Source of the DNA: Eledone cirrhosa
Taxonomy: Eukaryota
Reading direction: 5' to 3'
Length of the DNA: 64,000 nucleotides
Assembly: GCA_964016885.1 (NCBI GenBank)
Contig: OZ024742.1
Span: 176,266,001 to 176,330,000, forward strand
The notes under the pieces are model-generated. The model worked only from the letters and a program-made list of their open reading frames with translations, was not told the origin of the DNA and made no database searches. Within the stretch, counting starts at the first letter, position 1. Each line of letters starts with the position of its first letter. This document shows, piece by piece, positions 39,112 through 52,736 of the stretch. The position numbers and the translations under genes were made by a program.

Positions 39112-40058
39112 CTAGCAGTGGTACCCGGCGTTTCATGGGATAAGGTATTTTGGAACGCGAGCCGCCAACAGACCTAATTGTGGAAAAACTGCATGCATGG
39201 ACAATATGTAAAGAAAATAAACCGAATACTGTGATGACTGGATAATCTTTAAGATTTTCCTTGATGAAGCAGGAAAAATGCAGGTTTTCAACTAATGCAG
39301 GCCCTAGGGATTCAAGAAAATAAATTTTTTAATGTGCATAATATGCCTTGAAATTTCGGGAAAATCGGCTAGGCGTAACGCTTCCAAAAAGCCCTAAAAA
39401 GCTGAAAAAATGAAATTGTTCACCTAATGCGGGCGCTAGGCCATAACAAAGTTGGATTTCCTTTGCTCACGGTATGAAGAAGAGACTGATTAATACATAG
39501 TTTGAATTTCAAGGAAATCAGTCTGACATAACGACTCAAAAAACCCCTAAAAACCTTTTCAGATTTTTAGGCGTATTTTGAGAACGCAGTTTTTTACCTA
39601 ATGATCCTAGAGGATCAAAAAGTTGAACCTTTTTATGTGCATAACACTCCCTGAAGCATAAGTAATACACATGTAAAGTTTGAAAAAAGACGGCTGGGTA
39701 CTTCTCGAGTTTTAGGGATTCAAACTCACAGACACACACACATACAGGCAGACATCTTCAGGGAATGGACGTAAAGCAGACATCAGACATACAGACAGAT
39801 ATTATAAGGGCGCGACGTTATATGTATGTATCTATCTAAAAAGAGAAAGACTAAGAATTATAGAGAGAGATCGCTAAATCGCCTAATGCGGTGCCTAGGG
39901 CATTGAACATTTTAAATTTTCTTTGTTCAGAACGCTCCCTGAAACATAAGTATTATATGTGTAAAGATTGAAAACAGTCGGTTGGGTGGTTCTCGAGTTT
40001 TAGGGATTCAAACTCACACACACACAGACAGACATCCTCAGTTTTATATATATATAGA
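39112..40058 (-). mobile_element. Complete non-autonomous Helitron
   Basis: A|TCTATATATA 5' end at 40058; CCC..CGGG subterminal hairpin and CTAG|T 3' end at 39112; homologous to 62506-63922. Confidence 0.88.
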
Positions 40059-40649
40059 TTATAGTGGGAAAATTGTTTTCCTCCATTCTATTGTATGCTA
40101 TCAACTAATCTGACCTCCAAGATGCTTGCAATTGACTTTTTCCAGGGTTAAGTTTAAGGTTCAGAGTTAGAGTTAGGGTTAAGGGTTTGGGTTTCCATTT
40201 TCTGGGAGGTTAGATTAGTTGATAGCAATTAGTTGAAATCAAAGAAAAATAATTATTTCCAACGAATCGCAAGTGGGTGTGTGTAGATTTGCATAACTCT
40301 AATAGTATTTCTCCCTCCTCTTTCTACAAAGTTAGTCATTGCCAACTGTTTTGGAGACCACATTTGTTGATAACATGCAAAAAAAAAAATCCGAGAGAAA
40401 ACTTCAAGGAAGTGGGTGTAACTGGGATGAGGACAGGATCCACCCAAACCGCGCCGTTTTCCTGAAAAAAAAGGTCAATTGTGAGCATATTAGAGGACAA
40501 ATTAATTGAAAAGAAAAAAAAAAAATGGGGAAAAAATTATTTCCCATTGATATCGAGGGGGTGTTCGTCAATAAATGGTTTTAATTGATAATGCAGTTAT
40601 TATTAATGTTAACTTATCAATTAGCAAGTTGGGCACATGCTCCTCTTTT

Positions 40650-40997
40650 CTCCCTAGACCGTTCCCCATGAGTGGAGTGGCCAAACCACCCTAGGTCACA
40701 CACAGTGGCAGAAGAACTATCAGCACCAGCGGCAGCAACGACAAAAACACAATGTTCATGCCAACAAGACCAATGGAGAGCATGCTACATCCTGATATCA
40801 CTAATATCAGACAAGGAGTGTGATGACGCTGAAGGGTGAAAAACCATCGCAAATAATTGAAATCTGTCAGGAGAATTACACAACATTAAAGAAAAAGTAT
40901 CCCTGGCAATTGGAGACTATTGAGGGAACCTCACCAAAAGAATTTATTCTGAAATTCTGGTGGAGAAATCCACCATTGGTCAGATGGATGGATCACC

Positions 40998-41068
<71 letters not shown>

Positions 41069-44000
41069 ACCCCTTCCTAAAAAAAGCCAAAGGTAAAGTT
41101 ATTTTTTACTTTTCCCCTCTCATCTGTTTTCCTCCTATATTAGCCAACTCAGGATAAGCAGTATAAATGCGTGGTTTGGGGTCATTTTGGAATCAGGGCC
41201 ACCTTCTCAACAATCTCAGGATGCTAAACATAGATGCAAGACCAGAATCTCCGAGGCACGGGCATTTGCATCCAATTTTGGTGGCTACGAGGTTTACACA
41301 TCTCCAAGCCATCCCGGATCTGGGGAGGAGTGGCTGTGTTGTTCGGAAGAAGACTAGATCTTGAGATACAGGCCACCTTCTAGATCCTAGAAGGTAAGTT
41401 GGTGGTGCTGGACGTGTCCAGCGGAGAAGAGCAAACTTTCAGGCTAGTGCCCGTCTATGCTCCAACAGGGGCAGGATCACCTGACTTTTTCCAGCACCTG
41501 GAGACCTTTCTTGGAATGTCGTGGCAACAAAGCCATGATCTGGTCTTTGGTGGACTACGACACGTGCATGTTAATCGATCATGGACAAATGTGTGCGGCT
41601 TTTCAGCAACACTTCACTTAGCTGCTCAGAGGCAGCGGCGAGCCGGATCATGAGATGGACTTTAGTACCTACCTCAACAGTGTGCCGCATGTCTTGGCCA
41701 CTGATGCGGAGTGTTGCGAAAAGCCAATAACAGACGCTGAAGTACGGGAGGCAATGACTGACTGCACAACGAGTAAATTGCCTGGTTTGAATGGTCTGCC
41801 CTATGAGCTTTATGTACACATGCCAGACTTGTTAACAACCTCTTTGTGGATGTCCACTGCAAATAGCGAGAATTCTGGGAGAATTCCAGCTGTGTGAGCC
41901 GAGGAGCAGTGGCGGTACTAAGAAAGGGCCCAAACAAGGGTGACCATATAGATAATTTCAGGCCCTTAACTTTATTGAAAGCTTTTGATAGGCTCAACCA
42001 TCATTATCTGGCAGCAGCCCTAAGGGCAGCCGGCTTTGGGCCCATCTTCTGAAGCTGGATTGCTGCCATGCTCAGCGACGTCTGCTCTGTGGTGAAAGTG
42101 AATGGTCACCTTTTGGAACTGTTCAACATCATGCGCTCGGTCTGCCAAGGATGTCCCGGCTCTTCTCTGTTGTACGTATTGGCTCTCAAGCCATTACTGC
42201 ACAAACTGGAGACATTGAGGGGGGTCTCGCGTGAACTTGGATGCAGGAGAACCATGTCAGCATAACCGATGACATTACGGTAGTGGAGTCGAGTGCCAAA
42301 GAGATTGAGGCAATTGACACTATACTAAGGGAATATGAGGTAATGACAGGAGCAATGATAAACCAGGAAAAGTTGGTGGGCCTGCGGCTCAGCACCTGGA
42401 GATGCAGGTCCATGCCATCCAACAGATGCTTTCTCGATCCGCATTTCTGGACCCTGGAATCGGCTTCCAGAAGAAGTAGTCTACGCGTCAACCATGCAAC
42501 AATTCAAGGCGAAATTGGACCGGTGTTGGACCACAGTGTTTCCGACTGTGTAAAGTTTGCCCCCTCCCCTCCTTACATGGCATCTGAAGCATCTATGTTT
42601 TATTTTCTGCCAAATATATTGAATTGAATTGAAAAAACAGCATCTTGAGGGACTGGACGGACATGAACCAATTAAATTGCTAGGGGTCTGGTTCAGTCCG
42701 GACCTTCAGACGAACAAAAACTGGGATGTGGTGATGAGCAGGGTGGCCTCTTTCACCCAGAAATGGACCGAGAGGAAGCTATCCTTAAATGGTTCAGCAG
42801 AGGTGACAAACGCGTACATCACGTCCGTCATATACTACCGCCATCGTACCCTGTCCTAAGCATCGCCTGACTGCACTGGAGCATTTGCTCTCTAGCTTTT
42901 TGTGGAAGGGATGTGCTCCAATGATCAGGTGGTTCATTTGCTGTCAACACCCACTATGCAGAGAGCTGGGCGTACTGTGGCTGATGATGTGCAGACATAT
43001 GTTAAGGCTATGGCATCTCCACCTTTTCCTCGATGGTGAATAATTGTGGTTGCCGTTTTTTTCCCCCAGCTTGTCTCCTTGATGGAGCAGCAGTTCTGGG
43101 TCAAGCAAGGACCGAGAGGAAGCACTTGGAGATTGGAAAGTCTTCAGGCACTCACAGCCCTCAACCAATCGGGTGATGCAGTCAGTGGAAACTCCGCCTT
43201 GGCGTCCTATAGAGGGTTTCTGGAGGGACAGAGCAACGATATCCTTGGGAAGACTCTCGCCATCAACAAAATCAACTTGCCAAGCTCTTCAGGCCCACGG
43301 GCAACTTCCAGAAATTCCTGGCCTGGCAGTACTACTGGAGGGCTTTGCCAGTTCTAGATAAACATACAGGCATGGAAGTTCTGTCAGCCAGGCCTGTCCA
43401 AGATGCGCATCAGATGTTGAGACCGTCCTGCATGCACTCGTCCAGTGCCCGAGCATCACTGAGTTGTGCGTTTATGTCGAACATGTGCTGTCACATGTTG
43501 GACAGATCTGGCTATCAGATGAGTCCATCATGAAGATTGCCCCAAACCCCTCTTTAACCAGGAGGGGCAGGCATTTTTTATCTGCCTGGTGGCCACTGTA
43601 AAAGAAGTCATGTGATGGATGCATCTGAAAGGGTTGAAGATGGGCGCTTTCCTGTTCAGTGATGACCTCATTACCTTTTTCACGTTTCACCTGAAAAGGA
43701 AAATCAGGGTGGAGAGCGAAGTGCTGTCTTCGAGCCAGTTTGTTGAAAGGTGGGTGAGAGAGGCAAGAAAGGCCCGTGTGAATGGGCCTGCCCTGAGATG
43801 TGCCTGTAGTATCGTAGGAGGAAAACTGGGGCGCTTGCCCAAGCGGTCAGGATGACTGTGGCGTTTTGTGCGCTTTCTCCACGAGTGAGCCTTGGAAGTC
43901 TTCCCACATTGGGGAATTTTTCCTTTCTTTTCATTTTTTTTGTTATATCCTTTGTTTTTGTTTTTTTATATATATATATAATTTTTTTTTTTTTACTTTT

Positions 44001-44095
44001 ACATGCAGATGGGCGCATTTGTACCGTCCTGTACCATCCTTAATGTTATACTTTATGTCAACCCTTGTGGTCTATGGAGAAACCATTATTATTAT
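40650..44095 (+). mobile_element. Decayed L1/Tx1-clade LINE (possible ORF1 relic, EN, RT, C-terminal zinc knuckle)
   Basis: VYAPT, PITDAEV..PGLNGLPYELY, VNG..RSVCQGCP..LLYVLAL.PLL, LLGVWF, W..RKLSL.G, CPRC...ETVLHALVQC. Confidence 0.85.
40999..41068. repeat. 70-nt poly(C) homopolymer
   Basis: Directly visible. Confidence 0.95.
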
Positions 44096-44802
44096 TATCA
44101 TCATTATAATATATATATATGTATATAAAGATTTCAAAATATTTTTTTTTCTCTTAAGGAGGTTGGTGAAATTTTGAAAATCACAACTTCCCCCAAAAGT
44201 GTGTTATTTAAAAGATAGCAAATATTTGTAAAGGAGGTTGAAAATACATGAATAACCATTAGAGAGTGACTTTTATGAAGAATGATTTTGAAGTAAGGCA
44301 GAACAGAAAAAGAAGAAATATAACATGAAATGAATATAAACCGATATAAAAAATTTATTTCCTTGAAAGTGCATTTGTAATCAATTATCATGAAACACAT
44401 ATAGAAATGTATATAGAGATATACATTTTTCTAAAATGTGTCCACATATACACAAGCTCAGAGAAGTACAATTACATATATACATGCCCAGAAACATGCA
44501 CATACACACACCTAAGTTCAGAGTCACACAATTTCATACACACATGCCTGGAGACAAACACAAATGCACACAAGCTCAAAGATAATCAATTATACAGGCA
44601 TGCACGAAATCAGAACTACACACAAACACATATAATCAGGCTCCAGCATGTATAGACACTTAGGGGTATGAAATGGATGTATACCTATATAGCAGTACAT
44701 AATATCTAAATAGTCACCCTCAAACATCTGTTTTCCTGCTAGCATGGGTTGGAATCATGGAATGATATTGGGACACAAACTGTAATTCAGTATATTTATA
44801 TA

Positions 44803-44997
44803 TATTCAATTATATAATAAATAACACAATATAATTATTCCATTAAACTAAGGTTTCATGAAACATCCAGTTTGCTCATCAGATGAAATATTTATCATCT
44901 GATGAGCGAACTGGACGTTTCTGTTAAGATCGTCTAGTTTCATGAAACTTTAGGTAATGGAATAATAATATTGTGTTGTTTATTATATAATTAAATA
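44803..44997. mobile_element. Fold-back PLE-like fragment with two divergent HHR motifs
   Basis: Inverted arms centred near 44890. Confidence 0.75.
44891..44964 (+). ncRNA. Type I hammerhead motif (deleted mirror copy on minus strand at 44836-44890)
   Basis: TCAT-CTGATGA (44899-44905), stem II AACTGGACG/CGTCTAGTT, GAAACTTTAGGTA, ATGG stem I. Confidence 0.68.
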
Positions 44998-45179
44998 GCT
45001 CTGTACTATACATAGAGCACTCTTCTTTCCTTTACCTTTTCTACAGCAATATATATATATATGTTCAATTCTGAGACCGGTTGATGTGTTGTTTCCTTGA
45101 GCAAGACACTTTATTTCACATTGCTTCAGTTTACTCAGCTGTAGAAATGAGATGGTAGGGACAGGGATCCCTATTATTC

Positions 45180-45399
45180 CACTGCAAAGTGGTCGTTGGG
45201 GTGCCACATCAAAAAAAGTACCCTGTCCACACTGTAGAGTGGACGTGTAGGCGCCACGGAAAAAAAGCACGCAGCATTCACTGTAAATGAGGTTGGTTTT
45301 AGGAACGGCATCCAGCTGTAGAAATCAAGCCAAAATCAGTTCCCGTCCCACCCTTGGAAGCAGGGAAAAGCAGACGTATCATGAAATGATGATGAATGA

Positions 45400-45402
<3 letters not shown>
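45180..45402 (+). mobile_element. RTE LINE 3'UTR fragment
   Basis: GGCATCCAGCTGTAGAAATCAAGCC and GAT tail. Confidence 0.8.
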
Positions 45403-45450
<48 letters not shown>

Positions 45451-45571
45451 GGAGGTGAGTTTTTTTGTAGCACAATAAAGCAATGCAAATATCGGAGAAG
45501 TAGCACTCTACAGTTTGTAGGACTGGAGTATCAATAATATAAGATCAAAAGATGGTTAAAAGATTTCCAAG

Positions 45572-45641
45572 TATTTTATTATGCGCATTTCAAAAACAAA
45601 TATCATCCTGGGATGATATATGCGTTTTCATCAGATAAAAT
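45572..45641 (-). ncRNA. Minimal type I hammerhead ribozyme motif, probably in a PLE 3' region (45450-46320)
   Basis: Minus strand: ATTTTAT-CTGATGA-AAAC..ATATCATC/GATGATAT..GTTT-T-GAAAT-GCGC-ATA-ATAAAAT. Confidence 0.8.
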
Positions 45642-46324
45642 GGGGATACATGATATGAAGCTTAAAAAACACTTGTGAATAGTGAAGCTTTAAATCAACA
45701 TATGAATAATAATTTAAGATTGATGTATGAGATCAGGAAAAAGTGAGGGGGCGTTGGCAAAGGAAACGAAGAGGAGGAGATGAGAGTAAAGAATGGTGGG
45801 GAAGGAGTATAAGAAGGAAGGATAGAGAGGAGGAGAGATGGGTGATAGAGAGAGAGAGATAGCCTTTACAACTGAGAAAAATATATATATTGTCTCACAG
45901 AGAGAAGTTAAAAAGCCGTTGGAAGATAATAGATAATTTAAAAGAATTTGAAATTAAAAGTTAATGAGGTTTATGCATGAAGAGAAAAAAAGCGAATAAT
46001 ATTAAATTAAGGTTTGTACATTGAAGGGTTTAATAATACGTGCGAGGAAAAGAAATTATTAATATGTATTATTAAAATAAAAATATTAATGTTATTAAGG
46101 ATATAATGTGAAAAGAAGTAAAAGAATGAATGTGTTGTGAATTTAGAGGAATTAATTAGTGTTTAAGTTTGTTTTTATGTAATGTAATATGTGTGCGTAA
46201 TATATGTACGTAAATAGTTTGTTTAAAAATGAGCGCAGAAAACAAAGAAGAAAAGAAAACATTATTTTCTTCTTTAAAAATGAGCGCAGAAAGCAAAGAA
46301 GAAAAGAAAACATTCTTTATAGTG

Positions 46325-46760
46325 TTACAGATAGTTAGGTTATTTGCGTCACAGAATTCCAGGATTCTGGAGCCTTCCTCATTTCTAGTACCAAACCCAT
46401 AGCCTCCATGGATTCCGTCATAGCCGTCACACCGTTACCATTTAGGTCGCCAGCAATAATTATGTAGTCACTGTCGGTTTTTTGGGAGGTAGTGAGCATC
46501 AATGTCTCATATAATCTGTCTTTTATAGCGCCAGGCAGTCCGGATTGGGTTGCATACGCAGATATTACTGTCACAGTAGTTCTATTTAGGACAAATCTTA
46601 TTTTAATTATTCTGTCGTTCACTGTATTTACGTCTATTATCTTATCTACCCATTTTTCTGCTAACATGATTCCTACCCCACCCAGCCCATTGTCATTTCC
46701 CCTCCAGAAAAGCTTATAGCATCGTTTTTTTACCCACAATGAATCTAGCAGACCCATCCC
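46325..46760 (-). pseudogene. RTE endonuclease fragment
   Basis: YKLFWRG..GVGI, DRII, ISAYA.Q.G, AGDLNG. Confidence 0.88.
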
Positions 46761-46887
46761 ATAACTCCTTGTGGATTCATAGAGGTACCATCATACGTCA
46801 TGTCTAGGGCACATTTAAACCCGGAGGAGTGCAACCCTCTCCAGGTTTAAATACAGCCAATGTTTGTCTATAGAGGGGCATCAACCT

Positions 46888-47031
46888 CAGTACTGGACTG
46901 GTACTTTTTTATTGACCTTGAAAGGATGAAAGGCAAAGTTGACCACGGCAGGTTTGAACTCAGAGCAAAGAGGTTTGATGAATACCGTAAAGCATTCTAT
47001 CCGACGTCTTAAAGACTCTGTCAATCCGCCG
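46888..47031 (-). mobile_element. Deu/Nin-like SINE (another partial copy at 54172-54287, +)
   Basis: Core motif reverse complement. Confidence 0.75.
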
Positions 47032-47106
47032 ACTATGTGTGTGTGTGTGTGTGTGTGTGTGAAGTGTTGTGCATGTGTGACCGTGTTGATTATGTATGTG
47101 TACGTT

Positions 47107-47146
<40 letters not shown>

Positions 47147-47929
47147 AAATTATGTCAATAGAATCCTTTGATAAGATATATACACTATTTCCTCTGCCAA
47201 TCAGCATAATCAACCACACAAAAAAACAATTAAACCAGGCTATAAGATTAAAAGGCACCTGTGAAGAAATAATAGATAACTAAACGACACCCATCTATTC
47301 GCGATCAACAGCTATCGAATATTTACCCAGCATTTCAATAGCACATGGAAATCGATTAAATATATCGTCAACCATACACAATTAGATATAAAATTAAAGT
47401 TAGAAGGAAAAAAATATATATATAGATATATATATATATTAGGAGAGGAGATTGTCATAATATAGACATGTAATGTGTATGAAGGTTGACAGTAGCATAA
47501 AGAAATACACAGCACTTAAAATCAAAGAAACCCTTGGAAGGGGAAAGCCTAGGAAAACCGGGGAGGTTGTGGTGAAGGCTAACCTCATGCAGCTAAACCT
47601 CACAAAGAAGATAACTCAGAACTGAGAAAATTGGCAATATTCCGTAAAAGGAGGAACTTGCCTTCCCATGCAAGTGGAATGTATGCAACAGAAGCAGAAT
47701 GCCTAATCCACCTACCTCCTTTTACCCTAAACCTGAAGAAGCAGAGAGGTGTTACAACACTCAAGTCCCACTTCCCAGTCAGAAGTATACTCATGAATTC
47801 CTAGCCCCTGTAAGCATGCCCCCCCCCCTCTCAGGTTCTCACCTGATAATATACTTGTTTCAGAGGCCAAACCCATTGATCTCTACTCTACTAATTTGGG
47901 GTGATGAATTGGAAAATGGTATCTATTGT

Positions 47930-48760
47930 GCCAGAGCCCAGTACTGCACAGCAAAGAACTACTCACACCTGTGCCATGAGAAATAAACCTGAATTGAATG
48001 CTGATAAAGAAGAGGACTTGGATGTACAGTTTGAAGCTTCAACATTAAATGATTCAAAAATACCACACATGATAAGACAAAGTGAATTAAACGATTTCAT
48101 CAGATTTTTAGTTCTGTTAAAATATAAAGCAGAATTGTTGGGTTGCAGGTTATAGCAATAGCATTTGCTTGCCGATGATGCTAGTGCATCCTTGTTTAGA
48201 CGTGATTTTTGGACATTTTTTTACAAAGAAAGATAACAATGTAGCATGTGATGATATCTGTTGCCTTATGCACACCATCCAGAAGAGTGGAGATTATTCA
48301 TTAACTCATTAAAAGTTAGTATTAAAGGAATGTTACTCCATATCCCATGCAAGGATGGAAATATGGACACTAAACAGTGATGATGATGATAGGCAGTGAG
48401 CTACCAGAATTTCCGGTTAAACATGCTGTTGATATTATGAAACATATAAGAATTTGAAACAGGTTCTGATCAATATAAATTACAATAAATGCCAGTGGCA
48501 GAACTATGGTGACTTAAAAGTGATTGTTTTATTGATGGGACTACAATCAGGCTACACAAATCACTATTGTTTGTTTTGTGAATGGGACAGTCCTGAAAAA
48601 GATCCTCATGAAAAAAGGCAAGATTGGCAAATGTTGCAAATCACTAGAACATGAGATAATATATGTTCAAACTCTGCTTCTTGTAGATGGTGAGAAAAAT
48701 TAGCTGTCAACATTGCACATCAAACTGGGGTTGAGAAAAAATTCATAAAATTAAGGAGGG
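47930..48760 (+). pseudogene. DNA transposase relic, probably Chapaev3/CMC-like
   Basis: QSELNDFIR.L.L.K.KAELLG.RL, PEEWRLFI.S..SIK.MLLH, GDLKVI.LLMGLQSGYT.H.CLFCEWDS, LHIKLGL; family assignment from memory. Confidence 0.7.
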
Positions 48761-49129
48761 CGTGTTTGTGGTTGCTTCACAAATTTGTTAAATCTTAAGC
48801 CTATCTCACCATATTTCTGCTAAAGTGGTAATAGCTTAAATATAATCTGTACCAGATTCATATTAAAGCATTAATGAAAAACATGTAGAAAAAAATAGTA
48901 AATATAGACAAAACAAAGAAGAGACACAGAGGAGAAAGAATAGTTATTGGGCAGGTCTCAGATTGTGTGATGAAAATCTTTGAAAATTAAATACGACAAT
49001 TAAATAACCATCTGGTTGCTAAACTCCCCAAGGAATAGGTTAGTTACTTAACTAATAATAAAACTGAAATGAAATTTGTTGCTGCATGTGTTTTTATTGG
49101 CAACTTGACCCTTACAAAGTATAATAATG

Positions 49130-49187
<58 letters not shown>

Positions 49188-49926
49188 TATATTCATATTT
49201 GTGTGTCTGTGTGATCAGGTATTTCAGCAATATATCATATTAGTCATTCATGTATATACATTTATATATATATATACACAATCATACACAGTTACACACA
49301 CACACACATATGTGGGAACATGTGTATGTATAGTTATGTGTGTATTTTAATATATAAAAAATATATAAAGAGAGAAAGAGAGAGATAAAGATAGATAGAG
49401 AGAGAGAGTGAGAGAGAAAGAGAGAGAGAGATTAAACAGATGGATATGTCTGTATATATTAGATAGTCAGGATATGAAAGTAACCTTAATGGACACAGAC
49501 AAACCTGTAAAGTGCTGATTTAGATCCCTAGATGGTAAAAAGTTCATATTTGCAAAAAAATAGTATGGAAGATCAAAAGGATAAAAACTGCTAAAGCAAC
49601 TCATGACATGGTGAAGTATGAAAATCTAGTGTGTATTTTATTATTTTTAAGAGCATTAAACATTATATCTATGTAGAGAGAGTAATGTTCCTTGAATATG
49701 CATACTCTCACAAGCAGACACACACACATTATATAGATATTTATCTAAACACATAGGTAGTTTTTTTCGAATATTTACATGTGTGTGTGTATGTGTATGT
49801 GTGTGTTGTCAGACAGATAAGCAAACACATGACAAATACATAGAGAAAACAACTTGAATCACACACACATACACATAATTTCACGGACACATGCATTCAC
49901 TTACACATATGTATGTATATATGTAC

Positions 49927-49986
<60 letters not shown>

Positions 49987-50128
49987 CAGACAGATAAGCA
50001 AACACAGGACAAATACATATATATCTTGAATCATATATATCTTGAATCACATATATATCTTGAATCACATACAACACACACACTTGCATATTACACAAAT
50101 TCAAATACACATATACACTCACTTACAC

Positions 50129-50189
<61 letters not shown>

Positions 50190-50197
50190 TATCTTTC

Positions 50198-50264
<67 letters not shown>

Positions 50265-50646
50265 AGATAGATCGATATGTGGGTGGGTACATATATAAAC
50301 TACTCCATCCATTTTAATACACAATGCCACAAACATACACATACACAATCTTACACAAGCATGCAGACACATATATATATACACATTGACATAAATGCAG
50401 ATGTATACAAACACACATATCTACAATGTATGAGTTGTAGTGAAATGGGAAGTAAAGTTTATTTGCTGTTAATATCAAATAAATTCAATAAAAAGTAAAT
50501 GGCTCTACTTCATATATATATATATACAACATTTCACTTCTTGATATGTATATATCTACATATACAATTTTTCACTACTTGTTATTCATGTATGTATCTA
50601 TATCTAACTATCTATTTGTATATATATATACACAAATAGATAGCTA

Positions 50647-50702
<56 letters not shown>

Positions 50703-50732
50703 TATATATATATATATGTATATTTGTATATG

Positions 50733-50781
<49 letters not shown>

Positions 50782-50831
50782 GGAAAAGTGGATGTAAAAT
50801 GATGATGATGATATATATACACACATACTTA

Positions 50832-50868
<37 letters not shown>

Positions 50869-50875
50869 TTATATA

Positions 50876-50942
<67 letters not shown>

Positions 50943-51299
50943 ATATATATATATTTATATAAATATATATATATATATCATCATCATCATCATCTTCGTT
51001 TAACGTCTATTTTCAAAGCTATATATATATATATATATATATATACGTATATTTAAGTATATGCAAGTTTTATGACTCAATATGACAAGTTGACTGCAAT
51101 TTTCCATTACCAAAAGTACATATGGTGCAGTAATATTTTGGTATGTTGAAGTTAACCCAATCAAATGTAACTTAATATTATATTTCTAACCCACAGGACA
51201 CATATAATTATATGTGTGTGTATGTAAGTGTAGGCATGTATGTATGTGTGCACATGTGTATGTATACATATATGTATGTATATATATTTTTAGTTGCTC

Positions 51300-52030
51300 T
51301 CAACCACCAATAAGAACAATAGAAACCAATCTCCCTGTTTAACACTGTTCTCTATTTTCATTGGTTCAAATATAATGCATCAAACATTGACAGCAGCCTA
51401 CATGTCCTCATGGAAGGGCTTGACTGAGTTGATAAAGTGTTGCGGACAGGCGAGCCTTCCAAGAATAAAGTGCTTCTCTTTTTAGTGTATCAAAGGCCAT
51501 TGTGTGATCAACAAAGACCTGAGATATGCACTTTCACCTGAACTTGGGCGTTCATTGGATCTCAATGTTCCAGAAACATAGGTACTTGAACAAGCTGATA
51601 CACTCAGCATAGAAGCTCATATACATAAGTATCTGCTTTGTTTTACAAGACATCTGATACAGCTGGATTATAGTCATATCTCCAAGTATATGCTTTGCAG
51701 AGAGCTAGCTGAGGTCTCTTTCATCAGTAGATGAGGTTGTCAGTAAAGTTCTGTATAGAACTTGTTCTTTTGTTCTTTACTCAGTCCTGTCTGTGGTGCT
51801 TAGGTATATGTAATTGTCATCATTGTATTTCCTACAGCTATTCTAAGCTTGATAATTCTGTTGCTTATTCTATCTAGCTCTATCATCTTATCTATCCATT
51901 TCTCAGCAAGTGGAATGAGTACACTACCTACCCCATTGACATTTCCTACCCAGTAAAGTGTGTATCTATGCTGTATGCTTGTGAGTAGTCTCGCTGAGGC
52001 ACTCCTCCATTTCATCTTTTGTACTCAGCT
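51300..52030 (-). mobile_element. Old RTE LINE fragments (EN)
   Basis: WRSASARLL..YTLYWVG..GVG..LAEKWIDK..RIIKLR. Confidence 0.7.
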
Positions 52031-52696
52031 ATTAATTCATATGAAACTCAAATTTTACTCTTGTATATGTGCTCAGGTATTTGTTACACTGAGTTCTCTT
52101 TTTTGTAAGTTCTTCAATGTAACTGTTAGGATAGGATTTCTAATGTTCATAACAATATTTTGTAAATTAGCCATTTTTATTGTCTTTGTTTTGTAATAAC
52201 TGAATGTGTTAATTGTCAAAATGTCTGCTATACATAACAAGGATGAAATTTCTGTGTGCAAGGTGTTGCTATATATGGATATTTTTCATGTCTGTTGTTT
52301 AGAAGATGTGTATTTTCATATCTACATTTCTTAACAATCTGCCATCTTTTGTTGAACATCTCAAAAGAATGTAGAAAAGTTTGGGATTTTCAGCCCATGA
52401 GAAAATATATATCTGTTAATGTAGGGTGTTTCATCTCTCTTTAGGTTTTAAATGTACTGTAATAGAAAACTGATATATCTTTTGTCTGTGAATCTGAACA
52501 AATGAATATGCTTTGAATACTGGCTTTTATGCATATTTCTCAATCTTTTCATTATAATATTTTGGCTTGGTACACGTGAGAAATGAAGCCATAACCTTTA
52601 CTAGCAGGCAAAATGGCTGTTAAATAATGATAATAAGGATGATGATGATCATCATCATATATATTTGGAAGTTTATATGCCTATGAATGCGTTTAA

Positions 52697-52736
<40 letters not shown>

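Noticed and set aside
40820-41157. Poly-proline ORFs
   Set aside because: Produced by the poly(C) run
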